Virus record (IMG/VR): IMGVR_UViG_3300030372_002165
Coordinates: 1-31,665 of that record
Strand: one strand, 5' to 3'
DNA from: a virus
Taxonomy: Duplodnaviria > Caudoviricetes
Length of the DNA: 31,665 nt
Shown here: positions 1 to 9,653 of the stretch, piece after piece
Numbering within the stretch: position 1 is the stretch's first letter
Layout of the letters: the number at the start of each line of letters is the position of its first letter
Made by a program: the position numbers and the translations under genes
The notes under the pieces: generated by a model
Databases searched by the model: none
The model's input: the letters and a program-made list of their open reading frames with translations, nothing else
Told to the model about the DNA's origin: nothing

Positions 1-99
1 ACAAAACTATATTCAGAGTTATGCCTTACAAATTGCCCTTTTTTATTTCTTTTTAAATTTTTTCTCATGATGTTACAATATACTCATTATTGCCTGCAT
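1..99. repeat. Terminal direct repeat, copy 1 (circular-assembly overlap)
   Basis: Bases 1-99 are identical to 31567-31665. Confidence 0.97.
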
Positions 100-493
100 C
101 TGTAGTTGTAAACTGACCTTTATTAATATCATAAAAATCACCATTTTTTTGGTCAACTAATTGATCTGTGCAGAATATTCTATCTCTATAGAATACATTT
201 TTAAAATTACTCGTATCATTCCATAATTCATTCCAGTTTTGCCACAAACTATAATTTGTGTTCCAAAAAGCAAAGTCAGAAAATAACTCAACATTATAAA
301 AATGATTAACAACTAAAATAGGGTTAAAGGTTTGTGACCATGTTAAATAATTCCCTGAAGTTGTTGCATTTAATATTGGTATTTCTGTTGTTACATTTGT
401 TTGATCATCTTCATAAGAAAATGTAAACTCACTAACATACTCTCTTGCTATAACTTTTAAAGTTTGAGGCGTGGATGTATTAAGTACAATCAT
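65..493 (-). CDS. Hypothetical virion-module protein (142 aa)
   Basis: Preceded by the TCGTTATA promoter motif. Its TGA overlaps the portal ATG (ATGA) across the circular junction. Confidence 0.75.
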   Translation of the reverse strand: MIVLNTSTPQTLKVIAREYVSEFTFSYEDDQTNVTTEIPILNATTSGNYLTWSQTFNPILVVNHFYNVELFSDFAFWNTNYSLWQNWNELWNDTSNFKNVFYRDRIFCTDQLVDQKNGDFYDINKGQFTTTDAGNNEYIVTS

Positions 494-498
494 ACTTA

Positions 499-526
499 TA
501 TAACGAAAATAAAATGTTTATTTGTA
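499..526 (-). promoter_or_regulatory. Putative phage late promoter TACAAA-N14-TCGTTATA
   Basis: Same bipartite motif and spacing at 3288-3315 and 4480-4507. Ends 5 nt upstream of the ATG at 493. Confidence 0.75.
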
Positions 527-531
527 AAAAT

Positions 532-557
532 AAAAAAAGCACCCATATAGAGTGCTT
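532..557 (-). terminator. Rho-independent terminator
   Basis: AAGCAC-N9-GTGCTT stem followed by a U-run on the minus strand, downstream of 585..1100. Confidence 0.7.
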
Positions 558-584
558 CTTTTAAAGATTAATTAGAATGAATTT

Positions 585-1100
585 CTAATTAGGTACGATT
601 TGTGAAGCTGAAGCTGATACAACCCCTGCATCTATAAAGTATGGAGCAGTTTCTTCTAAACCTTCCATAACTAATGTAAACCCTGATAGGTCACCTGCTG
701 CAGCACCTGTAACTATTGTGCCACCTGTCACTTCCATTCCATTTTCATAACCACACAAAAACTGGTTTCCATAATAATCCTCAACAACAACAACTGGTCT
801 TGCTACTGCAATAAGTTGTAATTCATTTTTAGTAAGATTATCTAAATATGTTAAAGTTAAATTTAATGTTTGTGTGTAAAATGTTGTTCCATTATCTCTT
901 GAACTTGTAATTGTAGTTTCTAAAGAAGAATTTCCTTTTAAATCAAACTGAAACCATGTTGGCGATCCAGAGAAAGCTGATATGGTTTGGTCTGCATCTA
1001 CAGTTGCTGTGACAGGAAAATCTGCCAAATATACTGTTTTAATGCCACCAAAGGCTGATTTACATGGTACTTTTCTTCCTGTTGTTAATGCACATGCCAT
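585..1100 (-). CDS. Putative major tail (tube) protein
   Basis: 171 aa, Thr/Gly-rich and beta-rich (MACALTTGR..C..GGIK..Y N-terminus). Directly after the major capsid gene and flanked by terminators. Function inferred. Confidence 0.55.
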   Translation of the reverse strand: MACALTTGRKVPCKSAFGGIKTVYLADFPVTATVDADQTISAFSGSPTWFQFDLKGNSSLETTITSSRDNGTTFYTQTLNLTLTYLDNLTKNELQLIAVARPVVVVEDYYGNQFLCGYENGMEVTGGTIVTGAAAGDLSGFTLVMEGLEETAPYFIDAGVVSASASQIVPN

Positions 1101-1118
1101 AATTTATATATTTTATTT

Positions 1119-1154
1119 AAAAAAAAAGGTAAGTAAGTTTGTCCCCACTTACCT
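1119..1154 (-). terminator. Rho-independent terminator after the major capsid gene
   Basis: AGGTAAGT...ACTTACCT stem plus a U9 run on the minus strand. Confidence 0.8.
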
Positions 1155-1177
1155 CTTTTTAAGGTTAATTTAATTTA

Positions 1178-2140
1178 TTAAGAATAGTAAACAAGATCCT
1201 CAGAAATTCCATATTGAACTCCTGCTGTAAATCTCATTATAAATCTTACATTTTGACTTCCATCAATGTCAGCAAGATCAATGACCTTCACCTCATTTAA
1301 ATTATTTAGTAAGCCACAGCCAAAATATAAGTTGCTTCTTTGAGCAGCAAACATTTTGTTAGCTGACAATCCAGGACAAACAAAAATCTTAACTCCATTT
1401 ACTGTAAGTGATCCATTGTTCCACCATTGTGTCCCCTCGTTGTTTACACCTGCAGCACCTAAACCATTTGCAGCAAAACCTCCCAATGCTTGTACATAAG
1501 CCTTAGCAGTTGCACTTGGTATGTAGATAAATAAATCTTCTTTACCATAAAGTGCAGAAGGAATTGCATCCACAACTCTTGAAAGTTCTGCGATTACATT
1601 TCCTGAATTGATTCCACCACCAACAGCAGCTAAATCTTGACCTGCTGGGATGTTACCATCTGCTGTCATTAATGTTTCAAAACCATCATACTCGCCTGCG
1701 TTTGCAGCAACACCAGTGAAAATAGTTTGCTCTGTTTTTTGTGCAACTTGATTTGCTACATGAGCAATCATAAAGTCGCTGAATTTTGGAGGAAGTGTTC
1801 TTCCAATTCCATAACCCATAGATTGAGCTTCCCAATCATTAATAAAATCTTTCTTGCATAATTGTAAGTTGACCTGCAGCTCAGTTGGCTGAATTATCCT
1901 CTCAGTCAATGTTACTGAAGAATTAGGATTAAAGTCACATGAAGCATCAGATACAACAGCACCTGTGTCTAATCTTTTTATCACTTCTTTGTATGCAATA
2001 TTTGGTTTTACAGTAAGCCCTCCATCATCAATAGTGGAAGCACTCAATAAAGCTGCAGCTATATATTCACCTGCGAACTCACCTGCATAGGTAGTTGTGA
2101 TATTAGTTGCAGTTGCTAATTCAATTTTTCTATTATTCAT
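1178..2140 (-). CDS. Major capsid protein
   Basis: 320 aa, downstream of the protease and scaffold genes and followed by a strong terminator. The TTYAGEFAGEYI..LTERI..LQVNL.LCK pattern resembles Bacteroidota-phage capsids. Confidence 0.8.
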   Translation of the reverse strand: MNNRKIELATATNITTTYAGEFAGEYIAAALLSASTIDDGGLTVKPNIAYKEVIKRLDTGAVVSDASCDFNPNSSVTLTERIIQPTELQVNLQLCKKDFINDWEAQSMGYGIGRTLPPKFSDFMIAHVANQVAQKTEQTIFTGVAANAGEYDGFETLMTADGNIPAGQDLAAVGGGINSGNVIAELSRVVDAIPSALYGKEDLFIYIPSATAKAYVQALGGFAANGLGAAGVNNEGTQWWNNGSLTVNGVKIFVCPGLSANKMFAAQRSNLYFGCGLLNNLNEVKVIDLADIDGSQNVRFIMRFTAGVQYGISEDLVYYS

Positions 2141-2165
2141 TTTATTTATTTTTAAATTTTAATTA

Positions 2166-2597
2166 TTACGCTTCAAATGCCCATATTCCCTGAGAGCCAC
2201 AAATTGCCCACTCAGTTGATGATACTGCACAAAGCTCAACCCAGTCACCCTTTTTAGAAGTTCCTGCAGTATTTACAATGTGTTTTCCATTTGCTCCTGC
2301 ACCATTACTTGCTGCTGAAACAACTGAATCAGCTAGTGTGAATGATCCAATGATCTTGTTATTTGCATGAGGATCTAATGTTAAACCATGTGTCCCCCCT
2401 GTGCCTAAATTTCTAAATCTATAAGTTAGACCTACATAATTGGCGTTTAATTCTGGTAGAGTATGCGTGTGTGATCCTCCACTTGAATTTTGGTCTGCAC
2501 CTGCATCTGATACTGAAATAGCTTTGTTACCTACTAAAGAATCCTGAACAGGTCTGTTTCTGTTTACATCATTTGATGAATATTTAAATGTGCTCAT
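2166..2597 (-). CDS. Putative capsid decoration/accessory protein
   Basis: 143 aa Gly/Ser/Ala-rich protein between the scaffold and capsid genes. Function inferred from position. Confidence 0.45.
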   Translation of the reverse strand: MSTFKYSSNDVNRNRPVQDSLVGNKAISVSDAGADQNSSGGSHTHTLPELNANYVGLTYRFRNLGTGGTHGLTLDPHANNKIIGSFTLADSVVSAASNGAGANGKHIVNTAGTSKKGDWVELCAVSSTEWAICGSQGIWAFEA

Positions 2598-2598
2598 T

Positions 2599-3279
2599 TT
2601 ATTTATTTATTTTATTATTTAATTTATTTAAAACTCTGTCTAAAGTTGTTTTATACTGTCCTTTAGCAAAAACTTTCATGTTTACTTTTTCAAAAGATGC
2701 TTCTGGGCTGTGTTTAATTGGCTCAACTGCAGCTTCTGACAATTCTTCTTTAGAAAACTCTTCTTTTATTGTTCTTGATTTTGGCTGTCTGTTTACTTCG
2801 TTTTCCATTTCAACTTCTTCTTCTTCATCAAGTTTGTTTTCCTTATCTCTTTTTAGATCTGCAATTGCATCTTCTAAATTTTTAATTCTTTTCTCCATGC
2901 CTTTCCAATCACCAACAGCAGCTTCTTCATCCATTTCTTCTTCTTCTTTCTTTTCTTCTAAATCTTCTGTTTCTTCTTTTTTATATCCATCTTCATCTTT
3001 TTCTTTTTCTGCATCCTCTTTTTGTGGAACGCCATCTGATGGATCTCTGTAATCATCAATGATTCCTTCTTCCTTAACAACAAGTAATTTGCCATCCTCT
3101 AGAACATACTCGCCTACTGGCATAGCAACTTTTTCATCATCTGTTTTAATAAATACCTCTTTACCTTTTTCAAATGATTCAGCTTCTATAACTGTTCCAT
3201 TTTCCAGCTTTTGTTCTTCAAGTTTTACTTCAAGATTTAAAAGCGTTTTGATTTTATTTAGCATTTCTTGATTTTTCAT
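2599..3279 (-). CDS. Putative capsid scaffolding protein
   Basis: 226 aa, highly Glu/Lys-rich with a coiled-coil middle, upstream of the capsid gene. Confidence 0.7.
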   Translation of the reverse strand: MKNQEMLNKIKTLLNLEVKLEEQKLENGTVIEAESFEKGKEVFIKTDDEKVAMPVGEYVLEDGKLLVVKEEGIIDDYRDPSDGVPQKEDAEKEKDEDGYKKEETEDLEEKKEEEEMDEEAAVGDWKGMEKRIKNLEDAIADLKRDKENKLDEEEEVEMENEVNRQPKSRTIKEEFSKEELSEAAVEPIKHSPEASFEKVNMKVFAKGQYKTTLDRVLNKLNNKINK

Positions 3280-3287
3280 AATATTAG

Positions 3288-3315
3288 TATAACGATTTAA
3301 TTTTTAAATTTTGTA
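3288..3315 (-). promoter_or_regulatory. Putative phage late promoter TACAAA-N14-TCGTTATA
   Basis: Exact motif ending 8 nt upstream of the scaffold ATG. Confidence 0.75.
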
Positions 3316-3318
3316 TTT

Positions 3319-3474
3319 TTAATTTATTTTGGTTATTACGCCAATGCCCTGATTCATTATGTCTTGATTACAACACTTCCTGGAATATGTTAAACTATCT
3401 TTACATAAACAAGCTCGTGTTGATCCTCTTGGACTAGATCTAGCAGGAATATAATTAGTAATTTTTCTGTTCAT
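3319..3474 (-). CDS. Small Cys-rich protein (51 aa), not in ORF track
   Basis: MNRKITNYIPARSSPRGSTRACLCKDSLTYSRKCCNQDIMNQGIGVITKIN. ATG overlaps the upstream TAA (TAATG) and the ORF fills the gap. Confidence 0.75.
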   Translation of the reverse strand: MNRKITNYIPARSSPRGSTRACLCKDSLTYSRKCCNQDIMNQGIGVITKIN

Positions 3475-3887
3475 TAATAAATTGTAATAGCTTTATCTCT
3501 CAACTCTACACTTCCAACATCTAAATCATCTAAAACTTTTCTTAACTCTCCATAACCACCAATGTTGCTAGGATCAACTCCTAAATCTTTAGCAGCTTTT
3601 TCAGCTTTATTAACTAAGGAAACACTTTTATTATATAATTTGTCTCCAGAATCTGCTAATTTTACTAATCTGTTTTCTGCCTTATCTGCTTCTTTAAATA
3701 TTTTGTCAATTCTTTTTTTAAACTCTGCAGCTTCTTTTTCACCATTTGACATTTCTTTAACTTTTTGTTTTATTGTTCCAATAATTGTTTTAATGTCATC
3801 AGCAATTGCTAATTCAACCTTTGCTAATTCTGTTTTGTCTTTTGGAAGTTTATTGACTATTTTATTAAATTTTTCTGGTGTGATCAT
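3474..3887 (-). CDS. Helical hypothetical protein, candidate internal head protein
   Basis: 137 aa, ATGA-coupled to the protease gene, with an N-terminal KTELAKVELA motif. Confidence 0.65.
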   Translation of the reverse strand: MITPEKFNKIVNKLPKDKTELAKVELAIADDIKTIIGTIKQKVKEMSNGEKEAAEFKKRIDKIFKEADKAENRLVKLADSGDKLYNKSVSLVNKAEKAAKDLGVDPSNIGGYGELRKVLDDLDVGSVELRDKAITIY

Positions 3888-4474
3888 GATTGTAATATTT
3901 TTTTTATTTCATTAATTAATTTTTGGTTTTTAGATAATCCAACTGAATCTTTTGGTCGTTCCATTTTGTCTGCAAAATAGCCTTCAATTGAAAAGCCTTT
4001 AACCTTTCCTGTTTTCACATATTCGTTCCAGACCTCATCATTATTAACTTTTACTGATCCCATCCATGTACCAACAGGCACATTCATTCCATATTTTCTT
4101 GATTTATCATATTTCTCATCCTCTACTATCCAGGACTCAACTAATGTTAAGCCATTTAAGGAATGCTGATGTTCTAAAGTTGAATTATTTTGATTTCCAT
4201 TTTTTAAATAAAGTTGTGATGCTTTCTCAACTGTATCTTTTGAAAAATAAATATAATAATCATCTTGATCTTCTGAATTTCTAAAAATGGGTTTGTTAGG
4301 AATTAACAATGCTCCCATTAGTATTTTTTTATCTTTGTTAATCTCAGCTAGCTTTATTTCATCAGCTTTTAGAGCAACAAAATCTGCTTCAATAGCAGGG
4401 CTTTCTACGATTGAAATTGCTTCAATTCCAGTCATTTCCTGATCTTCATCAAGTACTAATTCTACTATTCTCAT
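3884..4474 (-). CDS. Prohead protease, XkdF-like putative serine protease
   Basis: AISIVESPAIE, KKILMGALLIP, TLEH, VESW, GTWM and VKGFSIEG motifs. First gene of the head operon. Confidence 0.8.
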   Translation of the reverse strand: MRIVELVLDEDQEMTGIEAISIVESPAIEADFVALKADEIKLAEINKDKKILMGALLIPNKPIFRNSEDQDDYYIYFSKDTVEKASQLYLKNGNQNNSTLEHQHSLNGLTLVESWIVEDEKYDKSRKYGMNVPVGTWMGSVKVNNDEVWNEYVKTGKVKGFSIEGYFADKMERPKDSVGLSKNQKLINEIKKILQS

Positions 4475-4479
4475 AATGT

Positions 4480-4507
4480 TATAACGAATTTAATTTAGTT
4501 TTTTGTA
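4480..4507 (-). promoter_or_regulatory. Putative phage late promoter TACAAA-N14-TCGTTATA
   Basis: Exact motif ending 5 nt upstream of the protease ATG. Confidence 0.75.
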
Positions 4508-4508
4508 T

Positions 4509-6407
4509 TTATAAACTTGCACCATCAACAATGTTTCTATCCAGGCTCTGTGCTGTTGTTACATCATTGGCAACAACAAACGCTTGAATAGGTTGTTGGT
4601 TTTGTTGACCTATAGCATCAGCAATTTGATTTATACCTGTTCCATCAACTGATGTTAGGTCTGGTGGAGTTGCCACAGCACTTGCAACTGCAGCTTGTGG
4701 TGTTGGAATATCTGTGCCACCTCCTGTTGCTGCACCTACTGCAGATGTTGCTCGTTTTGTTGCATTTACAGCAGCTTTAACTGTGCTTATAATTCCAATT
4801 CCTGTTGTAATTGCAGCTAATATAAATGGAACATTAAATGGTGGAGGTGCTGTGTTAGCAGCTTTAGCAGTTGATCCTGCAATTTCTGTCCCTGCATTTG
4901 CTCCTTTAATTTTAGCTTCTATAAGTGCATTTTTTGCTTTCATAATTAATGCCTTAGCATCCATTAATTGTTCTTTTAACAACAATGCTTGTTTGGCTAT
5001 AAAAGCAACTTTTCCTAATTTACTTTCTGCACCTGCAATACCAATTATGGCATCTAAGGTTTCCATCTTTTTTTGTTTTTTCTTTTCTTCTAATGCCTCC
5101 TCTGCTTCTGCAATTTCTGTTTTCCTTTCTAAATTTGTTCTTTCTGATTCAGCATTAAATTCATCAAGAGCAATTTGAGCATCAACTTTTGCCTGAGTAC
5201 CTTCTCCTGCTTCATCAATAATTCTTTGCAATCTTGCTCTTTGTAATTCTTGTTCTTCAAGATCAATTCTTTTCATTTCTTCTAACCTCAAAACATCATC
5301 CTGAATTTGTTCTGCATTTAATCTCTTTTTTTCTACAGCTAAATTTGTTTCACTTTCTAATTTAGAATTTGTTAACTCAATTTTTTCTTTGTCTAATGCT
5401 AAATCATTTGCTTTAAATTCTGATTCAAAACCTGCTATTGTAGCTTTTACTGCAGCCAATTCATTTTCTGCTTCAATTACTGCTTTTTTAAACTCAACAT
5501 TATCTTTGTCTTTTGCTAATTGAGCATTTGCAGCATCCAAAGCAATTTGAGCATTTTCTAACATTAATTTTTGTTGCTTAGCCAGGTTGTCTCTTAAATC
5601 ATTATTTGCTTTTATTCTATCATCAATGCTATTTCTTTCCTCATCTCTTATTTGTCTCAGTTTTTCATTCTCAAAATCAAACTGTTCTAATAATCCCTGA
5701 TTTTTAGCTGCTGCTAATTCTGCACTATTGGCTAACTTTACATTAGCATCTGCAGTTTTAATTACTTCTTTTGTATAATTAGAAACTGATTTTGCAACCT
5801 CCTCAAATGAATCATCCACACCTGTGAAAACATCCACAGTTTGTTTCCCTGCTTCTTTGATGTCTGCCATAGCACCTGAGAAGTCACCCTGAAAAACTTT
5901 TTTAATTGCTGATCCCAAAAACCCCAAAACCTCTAACGCTTGGTTGAATCTATCTATAATTCCTTGTTTGATACTATTTGAAAAATCTTTTAAAGTTCCT
6001 AATGGGTCTTTAAATAAAGCATCCATAAATTGTTTGACCTTATCAATGTTCCCAACTAAAAGATTTACTAAATCATTTAAAACAATAGACACAGCTTCTG
6101 AAGCAACTGCAAAAAAATCAACAACTTTTTGATTTTGACTTAACACTTCTTTAAACTTATTAAATATGCTAATAGCAATTCCAACAATTCCACCAATAGC
6201 CAATGCTCCTTTTAAAGTTTTTCCAAAACTAAAAGAAGATTTTTCAGCTTTTTTTGCACCATCAGAAATTGCTTGCATACCTTTTTCTGCATCTTTTTCT
6301 GTTGCTTCTAAATTTTTGTTTAGATCAACAACACTTTTATTTACTTGGTCAATGTTTTTGGTTGATTTTTTAGTGTCTGCTACTAATTCAAATTCTATCT
6401 TTTCCAT
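4509..6407 (-). CDS. Tail tape measure protein
   Basis: 632 aa, Ala/Lys/Glu-rich helical protein with hydrophobic Gly/Ala/Ile segments, located in the tail module. Confidence 0.75.
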   Translation of the reverse strand: MEKIEFELVADTKKSTKNIDQVNKSVVDLNKNLEATEKDAEKGMQAISDGAKKAEKSSFSFGKTLKGALAIGGIVGIAISIFNKFKEVLSQNQKVVDFFAVASEAVSIVLNDLVNLLVGNIDKVKQFMDALFKDPLGTLKDFSNSIKQGIIDRFNQALEVLGFLGSAIKKVFQGDFSGAMADIKEAGKQTVDVFTGVDDSFEEVAKSVSNYTKEVIKTADANVKLANSAELAAAKNQGLLEQFDFENEKLRQIRDEERNSIDDRIKANNDLRDNLAKQQKLMLENAQIALDAANAQLAKDKDNVEFKKAVIEAENELAAVKATIAGFESEFKANDLALDKEKIELTNSKLESETNLAVEKKRLNAEQIQDDVLRLEEMKRIDLEEQELQRARLQRIIDEAGEGTQAKVDAQIALDEFNAESERTNLERKTEIAEAEEALEEKKKQKKMETLDAIIGIAGAESKLGKVAFIAKQALLLKEQLMDAKALIMKAKNALIEAKIKGANAGTEIAGSTAKAANTAPPPFNVPFILAAITTGIGIISTVKAAVNATKRATSAVGAATGGGTDIPTPQAAVASAVATPPDLTSVDGTGINQIADAIGQQNQQPIQAFVVANDVTTAQSLDRNIVDGASL

Positions 6408-6538
6408 TTTATCTGTGTTTTAAATTGTTTCCACCCCTCTTTAATTGTAGTGGGTAGTTTATTTTTTCCCTGAGCAATTTTAATATTCTCAGTTTCGCCT
6501 TTTGCTATTTTTAATGCACCTATAATTATTCTAATCAT
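6395..6538 (-). CDS. Small basic protein (47 aa), not in ORF track
   Basis: MIRIIIGALKIAKGETENIKIAQGKNKLPTTIKEGWKQFKTQIKWKR. Start overlaps the upstream TGA; stop lies just inside the tape measure start. Confidence 0.7.
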   Translation of the reverse strand: MIRIIIGALKIAKGETENIKIAQGKNKLPTTIKEGWKQFKTQIKWKR

Positions 6539-8658
6539 CAGACCACATTTAAAAGTTCAATACTACTTTTCCCATTTATGAGATTTGTAGTGAGTTGGTT
6601 AATAATATATTTTTCTTGACCAATGGTAACTCTGTCATTTAATTCTAAATTATAAATAATTTGTAAAGGTAAATAAGCATCAACTTTTGTAATTCTCCTC
6701 GCATTGTTAAATACATCACTTATATAATTAACATAATAATCATCAAATAAAGTATCAGTAAATAAGCTATTATCTGTGTATTCATTTGTTTCAACTTGAA
6801 AATGAATATTTACTTTTGATGATGATGGATTTAAACTTAAACTATTTGAAGGAATTATATAATTTGTTAATTGTTGTTTAGTGCCATTGTCATTTCCAAA
6901 CGATATTGATGTTGCACTTGTTTGTTTAATAGCATAAAATACTAAAGGCAATCCAATAAAAGAATCTCTATTTTCATTAACTGACCACCCCCATTGTATG
7001 TCTGTATTTGATCCTCCTGTTGCATCAACTAATCTTTCATATTGCATGTGTTCAAATGGTACTTCAACTTTATAGCTGTCGCCTGGTGCATCGTATTTAG
7101 CATTCTCTAAACTATAAGTTATTGTTCCCCAACCTGTGTTTTCTAATTGTTGAAATTGTTTTGCTAAAAATGTTCCTAAACCTTTATATCCAAAAGCTAT
7201 CTCTTTAAATGGCAAAGCAACATTCACTTGACTTTTATTTACATCAATATATTTATCTAATACCCATGCCTCTGTCCCTGCTGCTACGCCTTTTCCTGTA
7301 TTATAAAAACTGTCTAATGTTTTAACTATAATAGTTCCAGTATCATCAACAAAAGCTGTCAAATTAAACATTTTAAAAACTGCAGTTAAAAAATCTATAA
7401 TCTTCATTTTTGGTATTTGTTGTGTTATAACAAATTGAAAAGTTGTGCTTGTTGTAAATGTTGATGTATTTCTCCATGTGTCAGTCCAACCTGGACTAAT
7501 TATTTCACCACCTAAATATCCATTTATTTCCCATGTAATTCCTGTTAAAGAACTAAATGATAAACTTGTTGTTGAAGCAATTTGAACTGTAAATGTTCCT
7601 GCAGTTAAAGTAAAATCTGATTCAGTTAATAATTGGTTTCCTGTCACATTTACTTTTTGATAATATAAACTTCCATTTCTGAAAACTCTTATATTATATG
7701 TGACACCTGTATTGCTAGGAAAAAAACTTAATGTGTGACCTAATATGCTGTTTGGGTATGTAACCAAATCACCTATAATAATAATTCCACCATTTTGCTG
7801 AGATGTTTCTCCATCTGATCCTGCCAATAAACTCCAAAAAGGAACTTGCCTATATTGCAAACTAACCTGTGTTGCAGGCTCAACATCTCCTTTTTTTCTG
7901 TGTAACCACATATAAAGATTTTGCCATGCTGTATTATTAACATCATTAAAAAAATCATTTGAAAAAACTAAATTACTCGCATAACCATTGGCAATAGTAT
8001 ATTTGCTTTCTATAGCATCAATAATAACTTGCAACCTTAAAGCAAACTTTAACTGCTTCCAATATACCTGATTATTAGAACTGGAATTTACCCAATGCAA
8101 ATTTCCATTTCCTGTTTGACCACTATCAAAATAAAGTTGATCTGTATGAGTTATTAAGGGAGTTATAAGTGCATTTCCAATAGTTCCCTGCAAAGCTGTT
8201 CTAATTTCAGAATCTGTATAATTAACATTGTGAGTATTTAAACCTGTTAAATCTTGCAATTCATCATCTTCTAATAAATCTTTAAGGTTTACAGTTTCGC
8301 CAAAAAATGTAATTTTATAAGCATATATTTTGTTATTTTTTAATTCTGTTCCTTCTAATCTAATAGTCCCTTTTTTAAATGGAATAAGATTTAATTCTAT
8401 TTTTGCCCTTCTTTTTCTTCTTGCATCAAAACCATTATCAATATTAAAATTATTATAATGTTGAAATACTATATTATTTGTTTTAGAAGCAGGCAAAGTA
8501 AATGTTTTACTAAACTCAGTAAATATCTTAGCAATATCTTTGACATTCTGAATTGTTTGAGTTATGCTTACTGATTCATCTTTAAATAAATCAATCCTTT
8601 GATATGTGGGATTTGTATTTAATGGAGTTGTGTCAATATATAATTGGAGTGTCTGCAT
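6538..8658 (-). CDS. Putative tail tip/hub structural protein
   Basis: 706 aa beta-rich protein (FSKTFTLPASKTNN, KMFNL motifs) in the tail module. Confidence 0.65.
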   Translation of the reverse strand: MQTLQLYIDTTPLNTNPTYQRIDLFKDESVSITQTIQNVKDIAKIFTEFSKTFTLPASKTNNIVFQHYNNFNIDNGFDARRKRRAKIELNLIPFKKGTIRLEGTELKNNKIYAYKITFFGETVNLKDLLEDDELQDLTGLNTHNVNYTDSEIRTALQGTIGNALITPLITHTDQLYFDSGQTGNGNLHWVNSSSNNQVYWKQLKFALRLQVIIDAIESKYTIANGYASNLVFSNDFFNDVNNTAWQNLYMWLHRKKGDVEPATQVSLQYRQVPFWSLLAGSDGETSQQNGGIIIIGDLVTYPNSILGHTLSFFPSNTGVTYNIRVFRNGSLYYQKVNVTGNQLLTESDFTLTAGTFTVQIASTTSLSFSSLTGITWEINGYLGGEIISPGWTDTWRNTSTFTTSTTFQFVITQQIPKMKIIDFLTAVFKMFNLTAFVDDTGTIIVKTLDSFYNTGKGVAAGTEAWVLDKYIDVNKSQVNVALPFKEIAFGYKGLGTFLAKQFQQLENTGWGTITYSLENAKYDAPGDSYKVEVPFEHMQYERLVDATGGSNTDIQWGWSVNENRDSFIGLPLVFYAIKQTSATSISFGNDNGTKQQLTNYIIPSNSLSLNPSSSKVNIHFQVETNEYTDNSLFTDTLFDDYYVNYISDVFNNARRITKVDAYLPLQIIYNLELNDRVTIGQEKYIINQLTTNLINGKSSIELLNVV

Positions 8659-9650
8659 TATCTAACATTATTTATATAATCAGCAGCTAATTCAAACTCC
8701 ATTGTATATTCAATTAATCTATCATTTAATTTTGTTTTTTTTCTAAATGAAGATGTTTTAATTGTCACAGGCGTTACAACATCATTAGTTGGGTTTGTTT
8801 GTGAATCATCAGAAATCCAAATTTGTTCTGACAATAATAATTGCTCAAACCATGCGTTAGTCCATTCAGGATAATAGCCTGAGCTTAAACTAAAAGTTTG
8901 ATTTGCTGTGATGTTAAAAGCAGTAATCATGTGCTGCTGTTCAGCATAACTTCCTGCAGGAGTTAATATGCTTCTTTTATAAGTTTCTGATTTTTTATTT
9001 ATTGTTTCTGTATCTTTTAAGAAAAACCACAATTCCTGTATCACTCCATATTTATTAACAAATCTAACTTTGTGACCAAATCCATATTTAGTGCAATCTA
9101 TTCTAACAATGTTTAATTGTATCCCTGCATTTGTTCCTGAAGCAACTGTGCTTTGAGCACCAAATTTATAATATTCAGCTAACCCATTTGATTTGATTAA
9201 TGGCACATATCCCTGATAGCCTGTTGGATAATAAACATAATATTTATTTGTTGAACTTGTAAAATCAGGATCAAAATCAATAAGCCATGTTGGTACTGAT
9301 GGAACAACTGTTGGATTGTAGCCCTCCATATATGTACCATAACCATCATAACCTATATCAGTAAATGCTGCTGAATTTAAAGCTGCACCACTTCCATCTG
9401 TTGCAGCATGAGAACTTAAAGCTATAACAATAGATATTGTTGGACTTGATGGGCTTGCACTATATGTGATATCTAGATAATCTCTACATAATTCTGCTAC
9501 TTCAAAAGTAACAGTATCACCTCCTGAGCATTGTTTTATAATTGTATATCTTAATGTTCCATCAATAGTTATTGTCATCTTTGCACTATTTGCGTTAGCA
9601 TGTGCTACGAATGATTTTGTTTGTGGACTTCTTAATACTATATTTGCCAT
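8658..9650 (-). CDS. Putative tail (distal tail-like) structural protein
   Basis: 330 aa with C-terminal FVNKYG..Q..WFF and LLLSEQIW motifs. TAATG-coupled to the 706-aa gene. Confidence 0.6.
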   Translation of the reverse strand: MANIVLRSPQTKSFVAHANANSAKMTITIDGTLRYTIIKQCSGGDTVTFEVAELCRDYLDITYSASPSSPTISIVIALSSHAATDGSGAALNSAAFTDIGYDGYGTYMEGYNPTVVPSVPTWLIDFDPDFTSSTNKYYVYYPTGYQGYVPLIKSNGLAEYYKFGAQSTVASGTNAGIQLNIVRIDCTKYGFGHKVRFVNKYGVIQELWFFLKDTETINKKSETYKRSILTPAGSYAEQQHMITAFNITANQTFSLSSGYYPEWTNAWFEQLLLSEQIWISDDSQTNPTNDVVTPVTIKTSSFRKKTKLNDRLIEYTMEFELAADYINNVR

Positions 9651-9653
9651 GTC

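Noticed and set aside
7773-7958. 61-aa alternative-frame ORF inside the 706-aa tail gene
   Set aside because: Fully nested, with no coupling, slippery site or motif.
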